A stretch of 64,000 nucleotides of DNA from a phage, in sequence record PZ445442.1, one strand, 5' to 3'. Of this stretch, positions 19,359 to 27,945 are shown piece by piece. The notes beneath the pieces were generated by a model that saw nothing but the letters and a program-made list of their open reading frames with translations, was not told the DNA's origin and did not search any database. The position numbers and the translations under genes were made by a program. The first letter of the stretch is position 1, and every line of letters starts with the position of its first letter.

Positions 19359-19556
19359 ATGAACGCATACGGGATCAAAGTACGTCGCAACACTCGCCAG
19401 GTGGTCACCAATCAAGTGATTTGCCGGGTGGATGTAACCATCAACAACGGGCAAGGCCTTTATAAATTTCGTCGCGGCCATAGCTATACCCTGCAACAGC
19501 TTAATCGTTGCGCCCTGACAAAAGGTCAGATCAACCACTGGTTTAATAAAAAATAA
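19359..19556 (+). CDS. hypothetical protein
   Basis: Track ORF 19281..19556 trimmed to ATG after AAAGAGGA SD; the track start is the TTG of an upstream TTGACA promoter hexamer. Confidence 0.5.
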   Translation: MNAYGIKVRRNTRQVVTNQVICRVDVTINNGQGLYKFRRGHSYTLQQLNRCALTKGQINHWFNKK

Positions 19557-19620
19557 GTATTGACATACAGTCCGACACCAAATACACTAAAAGCACAAAA
19601 GACACTAAGAGGATAAAATC

Positions 19621-20019
19621 ATGAAAACCACTACCTTTAATTTTGATAATGCAGACTTTTCTTTTTCTGATGTCAAGAACTGCCGCCGTGATCGTGGATT
19701 TTACAAGGCTTATAATCTGGTGGGCCTGGACGATGACAATAATTTGCACGAAGTAGCTGAGATCCGGTATTATGCCGCCGCCAGCGGGAACACTCACTAC
19801 TGCGTGTTTTGGATTCACGACAACAAGAACAATAAGTACGGTTATACTGGCGGCAAGGCGAGCGGTCACGGTTACGATAAAGCTAACGCAGCACTTGAGA
19901 GCGCATTAAATGCTATGGGGATCACTGCCGACGGCTGGATCTACGAAGAAGAGTTTTTGTCGGCACTTGCTGACCACCTGGGCTATAAAAAACACATTGT
20001 AACATGCGCCCACGAATAA
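19621..20019 (+). CDS. hypothetical protein
   Basis: Track ORF; AAGAGGATAA SD; upstream TTGACA-N17-TACACT promoter-like element. Confidence 0.55.
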   Translation: MKTTTFNFDNADFSFSDVKNCRRDRGFYKAYNLVGLDDDNNLHEVAEIRYYAAASGNTHYCVFWIHDNKNNKYGYTGGKASGHGYDKANAALESALNAMGITADGWIYEEEFLSALADHLGYKKHIVTCAHE

Positions 20020-20101
20020 AAATCATTGACACGCTGCAAAATTTAAGTAAACTAGACACAAAAGGCGGGAATGTTTCCCGCCAGCACAAAGGAAAAAGAT
20101 C

Positions 20102-20497
20102 ATGAATAAGAACGTACGCCGCATCATGAACGAACTGGCAAACGATGAAAAAATTATTGATATGCATTTGGTCAACATTTGCCGCCGTTGTGTAACATAT
20201 AACAACCGCGCCGCAAAAGCGCGTGAGATGAACGCAAAAGGCACCTTAAAGCCCTTTCAGGTGGTTGTAAAATCTATAACTAGCGCAGCAGGCCAGGCGC
20301 AGGACCACAACAACGAGAGCGCTAATATTGATCCGTCTTACGTAATGAAACGGATCCGGACTTGCAAGAATAAAGAGCAGGTATATAACGTCATAGATTG
20401 GCTGGACTCCCTGGGCGATGTGGTTTACAATAGGTTTTCTGCAGCTATCGAGATCCAGCTTGACAGATTGGACGGGAAAGTACTAAAAACTTATTGA
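20102..20497 (+). CDS. hypothetical protein
   Basis: Track ORF; upstream TTGACA..TAAACT promoter-like element and GGCGGGAATGTTTCCCGCC leader hairpin. Confidence 0.55.
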   Translation: MNKNVRRIMNELANDEKIIDMHLVNICRRCVTYNNRAAKAREMNAKGTLKPFQVVVKSITSAAGQAQDHNNESANIDPSYVMKRIRTCKNKEQVYNVIDWLDSLGDVVYNRFSAAIEIQLDRLDGKVLKTY

Positions 20498-20498
20498 G

Positions 20499-20545
20499 TT
20501 TATTTTTAGATGGCCTTGACACCAGGGCCATCAATAAAGTAAACT
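20499..20545 (+). promoter_or_regulatory. repeated 47-bp promoter cassette with palindrome over the -35 (copy 1)
   Basis: TTTATTTTTAGATGGCCTTGACACCAGGGCCATCAATAAAGTAAACT; GATGGCC/GGCCATC inverted repeat flanks TTGACA; TAAACT 18 nt downstream. Confidence 0.5.
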
Positions 20546-20576
20546 AACCACAGTTGAGCGGAAAGGGGGCTTAAAG

Positions 20577-20696
20577 ATGAGCACTACACGCCAGCACACA
20601 AAGGTAACCATCATCGTTTGCATCATTGGGTACATCCTGGCGCAAATGTTGATGGGTAGCGCCAACGGTGTCGCAAAATTTTTCTTAAACTTTTAA
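20577..20696 (+). CDS. small hydrophobic peptide (39 aa)
   Basis: ATG after AAAGGGGG SD; MSTTRQHTKVTIIVCIIGYILAQMLMGSANGVAKFFLNF; below track size cutoff. Confidence 0.35.
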   Translation: MSTTRQHTKVTIIVCIIGYILAQMLMGSANGVAKFFLNF

Positions 20697-20724
20697 TTGA
20701 CAAGCTAACTTAAATCGATATAAT
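20697..20724 (+). promoter_or_regulatory. sigma70-type promoter (TTGACA-N16-TATAAT)
   Basis: Perfect consensus hexamers; followed by leader hairpin and AAGGAG SD before gene 20776. Confidence 0.6.
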
Positions 20725-20775
20725 AAGCACATAAACGGGAAAACTTCCCAGAACACACAAAAGGAGAAAAACACC

Positions 20776-21117
20776 ATGACTACTATGACCGCCTCAGAAA
20801 AAGCTATGCAGATCGCTGAACTGAAAAAACAGATCGCAGACCTTGAGAATAAGATCGATAACTTTGAAATCGACGAGGACAAGTACGACGAAAACTATGA
20901 TGAATGGTTAGACGAGATCTACGGCGAAATTATGATCGGAAACATTTCTTTTCTTCCGTCGCGTATCCTCAAGGAGCTAGATCCTATCGCTTACCGCTGC
21001 GGATTTAGCGACTACATCGACAGCCTGGATATTGAGGACGATGAAGAATACCAGGAATTACAGACAGAGTTAGAAGAAGCAAAAGAAGAGCTTGCGGAGC
21101 TGGAAGAAAACGAGTAA
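20776..21117 (+). CDS. hypothetical highly acidic coiled-coil protein
   Basis: Track ORF; Asp/Glu-rich throughout (EDKYDENYDEWLDEIYGEI...DIEDDEEYQELQTELEEAKEELAELEENE). Confidence 0.55.
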   Translation: MTTMTASEKAMQIAELKKQIADLENKIDNFEIDEDKYDENYDEWLDEIYGEIMIGNISFLPSRILKELDPIAYRCGFSDYIDSLDIEDDEEYQELQTELEEAKEELAELEENE

Positions 21118-21118
21118 G

Positions 21119-21165
21119 CTTATTTTTAGATGGCCTTGACACCAGGGCCATCAATAAAGTAAACT
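21119..21165 (+). promoter_or_regulatory. repeated 47-bp promoter cassette (copy 2)
   Basis: Identical to the 20499 copy by eye; degenerate relative at about 21455-21502. Confidence 0.5.
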
Positions 21166-21206
21166 TTATACTGTTAACACTGAACTAATGCATAGGAGTT
21201 AAAACC

Positions 21207-21452
21207 ATGGCAGCACTAATCACCAAATATTATGCCCCTACCAACACCAAAAGCGCCCGTATCATGGTAAAAGGCTTCGGACGTAAAAAGGTGTACACCT
21301 GGGATTATGCCTTAGACACGGAAGACAACTACACCAACGCAATGACCGATTTTATTAATGAACTAAATAAGCAGATCTTGACAAGTTATAAAGTGACCGA
21401 TATTGCTTATATAGGTGAAGGCGGGATCTGTTTTGTAGGCATTGTGAAATAG
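21207..21452 (+). CDS. hypothetical protein
   Basis: Track ORF; ATAGGAGTT SD. Confidence 0.55.
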   Translation: MAALITKYYAPTNTKSARIMVKGFGRKKVYTWDYALDTEDNYTNAMTDFINELNKQILTSYKVTDIAYIGEGGICFVGIVK

Positions 21453-21526
21453 TTATTTTTTCGGTGGTCCTGGTTGCAGGGCCATCTATAAAGATAATTT
21501 ATTAACACCATGAAAGGAGAAAGTAC

Positions 21527-22066
21527 ATGATCAGCGGGGCAAGTTTTATTATTGGCGCTATTGCTACGGCTTTAATTGTAAATAAGATCCAGGATAAAAA
21601 GGAAAGAGGAAGTACCGCCCTTGCAGAATATCCATTTTGGGCATTCAACGATAACGAAGATTATATTATAAAGTATAAAAATAAAGAAGGTGACCAAGTA
21701 ACACCGCGACCGATCCCGGCTTACAAAATGCAGGAAACACTATACCGCCTGGAGGCGGGAGGCGCAAAAATTGTAGACTTTTGGGGATACGACCACACAG
21801 ATCAGGAAGTTATAAAGCGCCGTATCCGGGCTATTCAGGCCAATATTGAAGTTAGCAAGGGGGAATATATGAAAATTAATTTCGAGAAAATTGTAAAGCG
21901 CCCTCATGATTCCGAAGAGCTGCCAGAACGCCGCCAGCGTAACAATAAACTGAATAAGCCAAAAAGGTTTGGGAAGATCTGGCGTAATCATTATGATCGT
22001 AAATTGCCCGGCCTACTTTTGGAACGTGAACGACAGGCAGAACGATACCGCCATAAAGACAAATAA
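21527..22066 (+). CDS. hypothetical membrane-anchored protein
   Basis: Track ORF; N-terminal hydrophobic helix, basic C-terminus; GAAAGGAGAAAG SD. Confidence 0.55.
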   Translation: MISGASFIIGAIATALIVNKIQDKKERGSTALAEYPFWAFNDNEDYIIKYKNKEGDQVTPRPIPAYKMQETLYRLEAGGAKIVDFWGYDHTDQEVIKRRIRAIQANIEVSKGEYMKINFEKIVKRPHDSEELPERRQRNNKLNKPKRFGKIWRNHYDRKLPGLLLERERQAERYRHKDK

Positions 22067-22074
22067 CAACCAAC

Positions 22075-22103
22075 GCCCCGCCATTGTGCGGGGCTTTTTA
22101 TTT
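22075..22103 (+). terminator. rho-independent terminator
   Basis: GCCCCGC-CATTGT-GCGGGGC stem followed by TTTTTATTT. Confidence 0.6.
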
Positions 22104-22307
22104 CTATCCTACGAATAGCGCCCCTGGTTGGCCCCACAAACGCCACAAAAGCCCCTACCTATGCAATCCCCTTTCTTGACCTGAAAACAACGTCTAGGGC
22201 CGTTTTATGGCGTTAAAAATATTATTGACAGTGATTTTATTCAAAGCTTGACACCTTGGAATAGTCCGGATATACTAACCACATCAAAGCAAGAAGGAGT
22301 AAACGCC

Positions 22308-22568
22308 ATGCGTAAATTAAAAAATTTTGATAAAGTAGATGTTGTCCTGAATAATTTTTACTACTGCAATAATAAAGCCGTTTGGTGGCGTGATAGCTCC
22401 ACCGATAAAGTTAAAGCGCGCTTTCTCCAGGGGCACTGGCAAGGCCGCCCAGTGATTAAAATCTTAGGGCAATTGGTAGCGTTTAAAAATTGCCACCGTG
22501 TTGACGACGTTGAAGATATTTTGAACATTTTACGCCACAATAATTTAAAAAATAGTGTTGACAAGTAA
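22308..22568 (+). CDS. hypothetical protein
   Basis: Track ORF 22248..22568 trimmed to ATG 22308 after AAGGAGT SD; TTGACA-N17-TATACT promoter-like element upstream (about 22248-22276). Confidence 0.5.
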   Translation: MRKLKNFDKVDVVLNNFYYCNNKAVWWRDSSTDKVKARFLQGHWQGRPVIKILGQLVAFKNCHRVDDVEDILNILRHNNLKNSVDK

Positions 22569-22585
22569 GCCTCAATAAGTATACT
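22558..22585 (+). promoter_or_regulatory. sigma70-type promoter (TTGACA-N16-TATACT) with GC leader hairpin
   Basis: Hexamers read from sequence; followed by GGCGGG-AAAACTT-CCCGCC hairpin and AGGAG SD before ATG 22643. Confidence 0.55.
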
Positions 22586-22642
22586 TAAACACACAGGCGG
22601 GAAAACTTCCCGCCACTAACAAAGAAAATAGGAGAAAATATC

Positions 22643-23266
22643 ATGACCACCGTTAACATTACTACAGGTTACAATTTATCTTTCGACGTGCTGACCGACG
22701 AACAAAAAGAAAAAGCCGTTGAAATGGTCCGCGAAAGAGAAGAACACAGCGGGGATAATTTTTTTGCAGAAAGTGTAATTGAATACTATAAAGAATATGT
22801 TTTTCCAGAGTATGGCCTTGAAGATACCGAAGTACATTGGTCAGGCTTTTGGTGCCAGGGTGACGGCGCGTCAATCAGTGCGGAAAACGTGGATTTAGAA
22901 AAATTCTTGCGTAAAGTAAAGGCCCTGACCAAGTTCCGATCAATTCGTCACTTGTTCGGCACAATGCACGATGGCGAGCTATCCGCAAGTGTTGAGCGTG
23001 ATCCATATAGCCGCTATAGTCACGAAAACACTGTAAGCGGGTACATCGATACTACATGGCTAGACCTGACCGCCAAACAAGAAAATAAAGTGGAAGATCT
23101 GGAAGAGCTGATCACCGAGACGGTACGGGAGCTATCCCGCAAGGTTTACGTAGACCTGGAGGAGGCCTATCTTGAGCAATTTACCGCCGAAAACTTGATC
23201 GGCCTTATCGAGGCAAATGATTGGCGGTTTGATGTGGATGAGCATGGCGAGATGAGTTTTTCATAA
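22643..23266 (+). CDS. hypothetical protein
   Basis: Track ORF with promoter, leader hairpin and SD upstream. Confidence 0.55.
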   Translation: MTTVNITTGYNLSFDVLTDEQKEKAVEMVREREEHSGDNFFAESVIEYYKEYVFPEYGLEDTEVHWSGFWCQGDGASISAENVDLEKFLRKVKALTKFRSIRHLFGTMHDGELSASVERDPYSRYSHENTVSGYIDTTWLDLTAKQENKVEDLEELITETVRELSRKVYVDLEEAYLEQFTAENLIGLIEANDWRFDVDEHGEMSFS

Positions 23267-23355
23267 ATAAAGTGTTGCAATAATCTAAAAACCTGCTATA
23301 TTAAAACTCAAGGGGCAAGACGTTTGCCCCCACACAAAACAAAGAGGAAAACATC

Positions 23356-23736
23356 ATGAAAAACACTACTAAAGCTATTGACACCGTCATGTTTAACCTG
23401 GTTACATTCCGTGAAGATATGAAAGATCTTCCTCGTGAAACAGTGTGCGACCATATCGAAAACTATCGCAAACTAATCAAAGAGTTGCCTTTAAAACGTG
23501 ATCAATATGCGGCTAACGCCATGCTTAATGCCATGATCAAAAAGATGATCCAGTGTGATTTAACCCTGGCCTATGATTATGCAGGCGGTCGTTTTGCAGT
23601 ATACAATCAGCCCGTGCCCGGTATGAGCACCACCGAAGAATTGCACGCGCTCAATCTAAAACAAGACGTGTGGGATAGTATGCCTCGCGTGGTGGTATGG
23701 GTAGAAAGCGGAAAGATTTACGGCGATAATTTTTAA
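23356..23736 (+). CDS. hypothetical protein
   Basis: Track ORF; AAAGAGGAAAA SD; GGGGCAAGACGTTTGCCCC leader hairpin. Confidence 0.55.
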   Translation: MKNTTKAIDTVMFNLVTFREDMKDLPRETVCDHIENYRKLIKELPLKRDQYAANAMLNAMIKKMIQCDLTLAYDYAGGRFAVYNQPVPGMSTTEELHALNLKQDVWDSMPRVVVWVESGKIYGDNF

Positions 23737-23800
23737 TCAGGTAGCAGGCGGCATATTTGCCGCCTTATTGTTAATCAGAACTGTAAAAGAGGTACATAGA

Positions 23801-24172
23801 ATGGAATTTATTATTTTGGCTGTATTTGTTGCCTTGTTCAACGCCTGGATCGCTGGCAAGATGGGTAGATCCGCCTTTTTATGGTTTATTATATCTATTT
23901 TCCTGGGGGTGGTTGCAACTATTGTACTTGTTATCCTTGCAATTGTTGACAAGGGGAATAATAGAAAGGGTAAAGTATTTTCAGACCTGTACGACGCTCA
24001 AACGTTTGTCAACGCCTATTATAGTGATCTTCCAGTCTCCCTACGCTGCAGCCTGGCACAACAAGTTTTCGATGAGGCTAAAACCAGAGATCAAGCCCAT
24101 GAGATATGTTTAACTGAGGCGGATCGCCTATTTGAGAGGAATAGAAAATATGTGGGCCAACCGTTTAAATAA
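23801..24172 (+). CDS. hypothetical membrane protein
   Basis: Track ORF 23768..24172 trimmed to ATG 23801; two predicted TM helices in first 55 aa. Confidence 0.5.
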   Translation: MEFIILAVFVALFNAWIAGKMGRSAFLWFIISIFLGVVATIVLVILAIVDKGNNRKGKVFSDLYDAQTFVNAYYSDLPVSLRCSLAQQVFDEAKTRDQAHEICLTEADRLFERNRKYVGQPFK

Positions 24173-24371
24173 TGCCACATTAATTAATCCCTTTAGTGAA
24201 GATTTGAAGCCAGCCGCCTGGCGTGATGGATTCAATAACGAACGCTTTATTTTCAAGCCTGATCTTGAGGAATTTTATAACAATGGATCGAACAACGACA
24301 GAGATAATTTTTCTTGTGGTGTGCGTAGTGATGGTACTCCTGGGGGCCATTGTAAACCACGTCACTACTAA
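24150..24371 (+). CDS. hypothetical protein
   Basis: Track ORF 24132..24371 trimmed to ATG after GAGAGG SD; an alternative overlapping small TM ORF (in track ORF 24223..24408) cannot be excluded. Confidence 0.4.
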   Translation: MWANRLNNATLINPFSEDLKPAAWRDGFNNERFIFKPDLEEFYNNGSNNDRDNFSCGVRSDGTPGGHCKPRHY

Positions 24372-24391
24372 CAGGGGGAAAGGGGGAGACG

Positions 24392-24511
24392 ATGACACCC
24401 AAGGATAAGCCCCGCACCGATAAGGCGCGCCGTGTTATGGTATGGCTTGAGATCATCGCCCTTGAAATATTGTTAGGGGTAGGGATGTACTTTATCGCTG
24501 TAAGTAACTAA
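24392..24511 (+). CDS. small hydrophobic peptide (39 aa)
   Basis: ATG after GGGGGAGACG SD; MTPKDKPRTDKARRVMVWLEIIALEILLGVGMYFIAVSN; below track cutoff. Confidence 0.35.
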   Translation: MTPKDKPRTDKARRVMVWLEIIALEILLGVGMYFIAVSN

Positions 24512-24515
24512 GAAC

Positions 24516-24544
24516 GGCCCCCCGATCATGGGGGCCTATCTTTT
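24516..24544 (+). terminator. rho-independent terminator
   Basis: GGCCCCCC-GATCAT-GGGGGCC stem followed by TATCTTTT. Confidence 0.5.
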
Positions 24545-24648
24545 AAAAAAATTCTTCCGGGGTGTTGCAATCCGGTCCGGAATGTGGATAATAACAATCA
24601 ACGGGGAGCTAATCCCCACCACCACAAAAACCAGAAAGGAGAAACAAA

Positions 24649-24849
24649 ATGAGCAACAATATCCGCGTTATTAACTTCAAAAAAGAAGAAAAAATTGCCG
24701 TGCTGATTGACGGTCAAGAAATCTTCAAGGGCGACTATGAAGATCATCAAACGGCGATTAGTATCACTCGCGTGATTGGTTACCATAATTTTTACCCCCA
24801 AGGCGCTGAGGCAGCGGTTAAACGAATCAAAGAGATTGTAGGCCTGTAA
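24649..24849 (+). CDS. hypothetical protein
   Basis: Track ORF; AAAGGAGAAAC SD. Confidence 0.55.
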   Translation: MSNNIRVINFKKEEKIAVLIDGQEIFKGDYEDHQTAISITRVIGYHNFYPQGAEAAVKRIKEIVGL

Positions 24850-24851
24850 AA

Positions 24852-24898
24852 TTTATTTTTAGATGGCCTTGACTCCAGGGCCATCAATAAAGTAAATT
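24852..24898 (+). promoter_or_regulatory. repeated 47-bp promoter cassette (copy 3, TTGACT variant)
   Basis: ATTTATTTTTAGATGGCCTTGACTCCAGGGCCATCAATAAAGTAAATT. Confidence 0.5.
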
Positions 24899-24943
24899 TA
24901 AACCCTGTTAAAAATACCACGCAGTTAACAAGGAGTGATAGAC

Positions 24944-25243
24944 ATGTTTATCCAGGCTAATAATCTTTATTTCTTTGATGGTCAGATCGTAGACGGCGTG
25001 GAGGTGGAAATCACCGGGTGCCCTAGCGGTCAGGTTATGACTTTTCGGAATAATGCCTTTGATGATTCTCATATCGTTATGAGAATGGAAGTTAGTAAGC
25101 TGGATGACAAGAAAACACTTATCGACTATTCCGTCAAAGATCATCCAGACTACCACATGATCTATGGTGATTTGTGCATTGTTGACCGTGACAAGGTTGG
25201 CGGCATTGTGATCGCTATTGTGAACGATGTTTTCTCAAACTAA
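24944..25243 (+). CDS. hypothetical protein
   Basis: Track ORF 24935..25243 trimmed to ATG 24944 after AAGGAGTG SD. Confidence 0.5.
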   Translation: MFIQANNLYFFDGQIVDGVEVEITGCPSGQVMTFRNNAFDDSHIVMRMEVSKLDDKKTLIDYSVKDHPDYHMIYGDLCIVDRDKVGGIVIAIVNDVFSN

Positions 25244-25260
25244 TTTCAGCAGGTAATTTT

Positions 25261-25611
25261 ATGAAAGTAAAACTATATTACCTTAATGAGCTTAACCCCC
25301 TTGCCCAGGTCCGCGCCCTGGCTAATACCTTGATTTGTGAGAAATCTGTATATTGTGTTGAGCTTAACGCCATGCGTGAACGTCTCAAAGGTGGTTACTT
25401 TGACATCCATGCTGCAATCAACGGCCTGAATATAGAATTTATCCGCTTACGTAACAGCCGCCAGAATCTGGCAAGAATGGAACAAGATCCGGCCCACCTT
25501 CGTAAGCTGGTTATTGAAAATCATCTGATGTTTAATGCCGATGGTGATTATTACCATTTTCACCGTAAACGCTGGTACCGTAGCGGCAATATAGGAAAGA
25601 ATGCAAAATAA
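25261..25611 (+). CDS. hypothetical protein
   Basis: Track ORF. Confidence 0.55.
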   Translation: MKVKLYYLNELNPLAQVRALANTLICEKSVYCVELNAMRERLKGGYFDIHAAINGLNIEFIRLRNSRQNLARMEQDPAHLRKLVIENHLMFNADGDYYHFHRKRWYRSGNIGKNAK

Positions 25612-25646
25612 GGCCCCTGGCAGGGCCTGCAGCGATATAATCACAT

Positions 25647-25680
25647 AAAGGCTATGCGGTTGCATAGCCTTTATTATTTT
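25647..25680 (+). terminator. rho-independent terminator
   Basis: AAAGGCTATGC-GGTT-GCATAGCCTTT stem followed by ATTATTTT; a second hairpin GGCCCCTGGCAGGGCC lies just upstream. Confidence 0.55.
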
Positions 25681-25820
25681 GGCGTTACAGCGGCCCCCAA
25701 GGCGCTTAAAAAATTTTTAAAGAAGTACTTGCATCAAGTCCTACAATATGGATAATAAAGGGTGTCGGGGGGGGGCGGTGAGGCCTCCAATCATTAACCG
25801 GATAGATAGGAGTTAAAACC

Positions 25821-26105
25821 ATGGCTATTGTTACCGTTGGCGATGTAGTGGAAATGGAAGCAAAATACTTAAAAGCGGGTATGCATATCCTACGCAACGA
25901 TCTTGAACTAGTCCTGACAATGGTTGACTATAACCCAGGGCAAGATTATCCAAGCATCGACTACTTTTTTGAGTATGTTGATGAAGAGTTGAAAGAGGAT
26001 GAGGCCTATTGCGGTGAGTTCTGCAATTTCTTTTGTCCTGATGAGGTTGTAAAGGTTATCTATCAACCTGGCGTACCTTTCCCGCTGCACGCTATCAATA
26101 AATAA
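25821..26105 (+). CDS. hypothetical protein
   Basis: Track ORF; ATAGGAGTT SD. Confidence 0.55.
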   Translation: MAIVTVGDVVEMEAKYLKAGMHILRNDLELVLTMVDYNPGQDYPSIDYFFEYVDEELKEDEAYCGEFCNFFCPDEVVKVIYQPGVPFPLHAINK

Positions 26106-26168
26106 ACCTGGTGGGGCCGAAAAGGCCCCCTCCTGAAACTATGAAAAAATAAAGAGAGGTAAATCATC

Positions 26169-26402
26169 ATGATGGAACAAATTAAACGCGCTGAGTCTAT
26201 TAATGGCAATGTGATCTATTTTGTCAGCAAAAACGAAAAAGGCGTACCATATGCGGCGGTAATAGTACAACCTGACGGCGATTATTGGTTTACTGTATAC
26301 GGATCTTATTCTTTCGGGCGTCCGGTTCATGATAGAATTTTGAAAGTAGCAAATCCGACCGGGAAAAATATCACAGCAGAAAAATTTTTTGAAAATAGTT
26401 GA
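26169..26402 (+). CDS. hypothetical protein
   Basis: Track ORF; AAGAGAGG SD. Confidence 0.55.
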   Translation: MMEQIKRAESINGNVIYFVSKNEKGVPYAAVIVQPDGDYWFTVYGSYSFGRPVHDRILKVANPTGKNITAEKFFENS

Positions 26403-26478
26403 CATGACCATATAAGACTGTAATATATAAATCAAAGGGGGGCAACAAGCCCCACCAACCACAAAGAGGATAAAAATC

Positions 26479-26658
26479 ATGGCTATTATTGCAAAGACTG
26501 AGATCGTAGGCTTAGATTCTATTCTCCTCGCATATGAGGAAGCTATAGAAATGTATGTGGTTTCCTATGGTGAGTATATTCGTGAATATAAATCTATTGA
26601 TCTGGCTTTTGAATGTTATATTCGCCAGGTAAATAAAGCATATGATGATTATCGTTAA
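26479..26658 (+). CDS. hypothetical small protein (59 aa)
   Basis: ATG after AAGAGGATAA SD, preceded by TTGACA-N16-TAATAT promoter-like element (26399-26426) and GC leader hairpin; just below track cutoff. Confidence 0.45.
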   Translation: MAIIAKTEIVGLDSILLAYEEAIEMYVVSYGEYIREYKSIDLAFECYIRQVNKAYDDYR

Positions 26659-26743
26659 AATAGTTTGACAACAATTACAAATCGGGTAGAATGTATTTCG
26701 TAGGGCGGCAATGATGCCGCTCACAACTAAAAGAGAGATCATC

Positions 26744-26938
26744 ATGGCGCTTAAAAAACTAACAAGCAATACTCGTTGGGATGAAATCGACGGGGAAGTT
26801 TACATTTTTGCCCGTAAACCAGGGGATCAAAAATGGTCAAAGGCTTTTACTTGCCATCCTGCAACAATAGATCTGATAAAAAGTCAAGGACTACGTGAAG
26901 CAGTAGCAAGAAGTTTACTGATCCCTTGTAAAAATTAG
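26744..26938 (+). CDS. hypothetical protein
   Basis: Track ORF 26711..26938 trimmed to ATG 26744; TTGACA-N16-TAGAAT promoter-like element (26665-26692) and GCGGCAATGATGCCGC leader hairpin. Confidence 0.5.
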   Translation: MALKKLTSNTRWDEIDGEVYIFARKPGDQKWSKAFTCHPATIDLIKSQGLREAVARSLLIPCKN

Positions 26939-27015
26939 TTTGACAACAGTCAACAATCTGGTAAAGTGTACTACATAGCGCGGGAATACTTCCCGCCATT
27001 AATGAGGGTAATTTA

Positions 27016-27153
27016 ATGAAAACTTTCAACGCAACAGCCTCGACAATTGGTTATATTATTACAGTACAAGCCGTGGATCTGGTAGCAGCAGCAAACAAGA
27101 TTAAAAAGATGATTCCGCCAGGTAGTGAATTTTCCGTTTGGGAAGTAAAATAA
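27016..27153 (+). CDS. hypothetical small protein (45 aa)
   Basis: ATG after GAGGG SD; TTGACA-N16-TAAAGT promoter-like element (26940-26967) and GCGGG-AATACTT-CCCGC leader hairpin. Confidence 0.4.
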   Translation: MKTFNATASTIGYIITVQAVDLVAAANKIKKMIPPGSEFSVWEVK

Positions 27154-27236
27154 ATCTTGACAATAGTTTATTACTTGATAGACTGTATTTCGTAGGGCGG
27201 GGCAATAAGGCAACGCCCATTAATGAGGGTAGAATC

Positions 27237-27341
27237 ATGTTAGAGAAAATTTTCACGGTTGTAGTAGTTGGCCTGGCATTATCGGTTGGAGTGGTTGCAA
27301 CTATGGCTAACATGATCCTATCTTCCCACGGTATCGGTTAA
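27237..27341 (+). CDS. small hydrophobic peptide (34 aa)
   Basis: ATG after GAGGGTAG SD; TTGACA-N16-TAGACT promoter-like element (27157-27184); MLEKIFTVVVVGLALSVGVVATMANMILSSHGIG. Confidence 0.4.
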   Translation: MLEKIFTVVVVGLALSVGVVATMANMILSSHGIG

Positions 27342-27351
27342 GGTGAATCAA

Positions 27352-27567
27352 ATGATCACGAATAAGACAGGTAAAACAGAATTTTTACGCGGCTTGCAAA
27401 TAGGTAAGCCTGAGATCTGGCATTGCACTAAAACACCACGTGACGAAATGAAAGACTTCACCGCCACGCTGCAACGGGTAAAGATATCCATCACGCAGAA
27501 AAAGGCCTTGATAGTGGTGGAAGGTGAGATCCCTCAAACCGTTGTTATAGTTGAGCGTACAGCATAG
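27352..27567 (+). CDS. hypothetical protein
   Basis: Track ORF 27343..27567; ATG 27352 preferred (AAGGTG SD), GTG 27343 possible. Confidence 0.45.
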   Translation: MITNKTGKTEFLRGLQIGKPEIWHCTKTPRDEMKDFTATLQRVKISITQKKALIVVEGEIPQTVVIVERTA

Positions 27568-27658
27568 TTTAATTTATAGCGATACCTGAAAATTAACCAA
27601 TAAATCATAAACAGGCGGTTACCGCCGCCTTAAACGTAGCAGAAAGAGGCTAGACACA

Positions 27659-27943
27659 ATGAAAAAGATGATCGCAGTAGTTGCCCTGGTTGTTGGACTT
27701 AATGCGCCTGTAATGGCTAAAGAGCTGGCAAAAGAGGTTAATCTAACGGATATCCATGCCGTCAATCAAATCGGGGTTACTTATCGCTTATGCCTTGCCG
27801 CTAAAACTTTTAATGACGGCACAACAGAGTACTACGGATTCGAGGGTATCCGGTGCGGTAAGCTTGCTCGCGACCTTAAGGAAGATCCAGACCTGGAAGA
27901 TCTGCCCATCACCGTAAACGGTAAAGCTTACGTAAACCGTTAA
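27659..27943 (+). CDS. hypothetical secreted/periplasmic protein
   Basis: Track ORF; N-terminal signal-peptide-like segment MKKMIAVVALVVGLNAPVMA|KE. Confidence 0.5.
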   Translation: MKKMIAVVALVVGLNAPVMAKELAKEVNLTDIHAVNQIGVTYRLCLAAKTFNDGTTEYYGFEGIRCGKLARDLKEDPDLEDLPITVNGKAYVNR

Positions 27944-27945
27944 CC

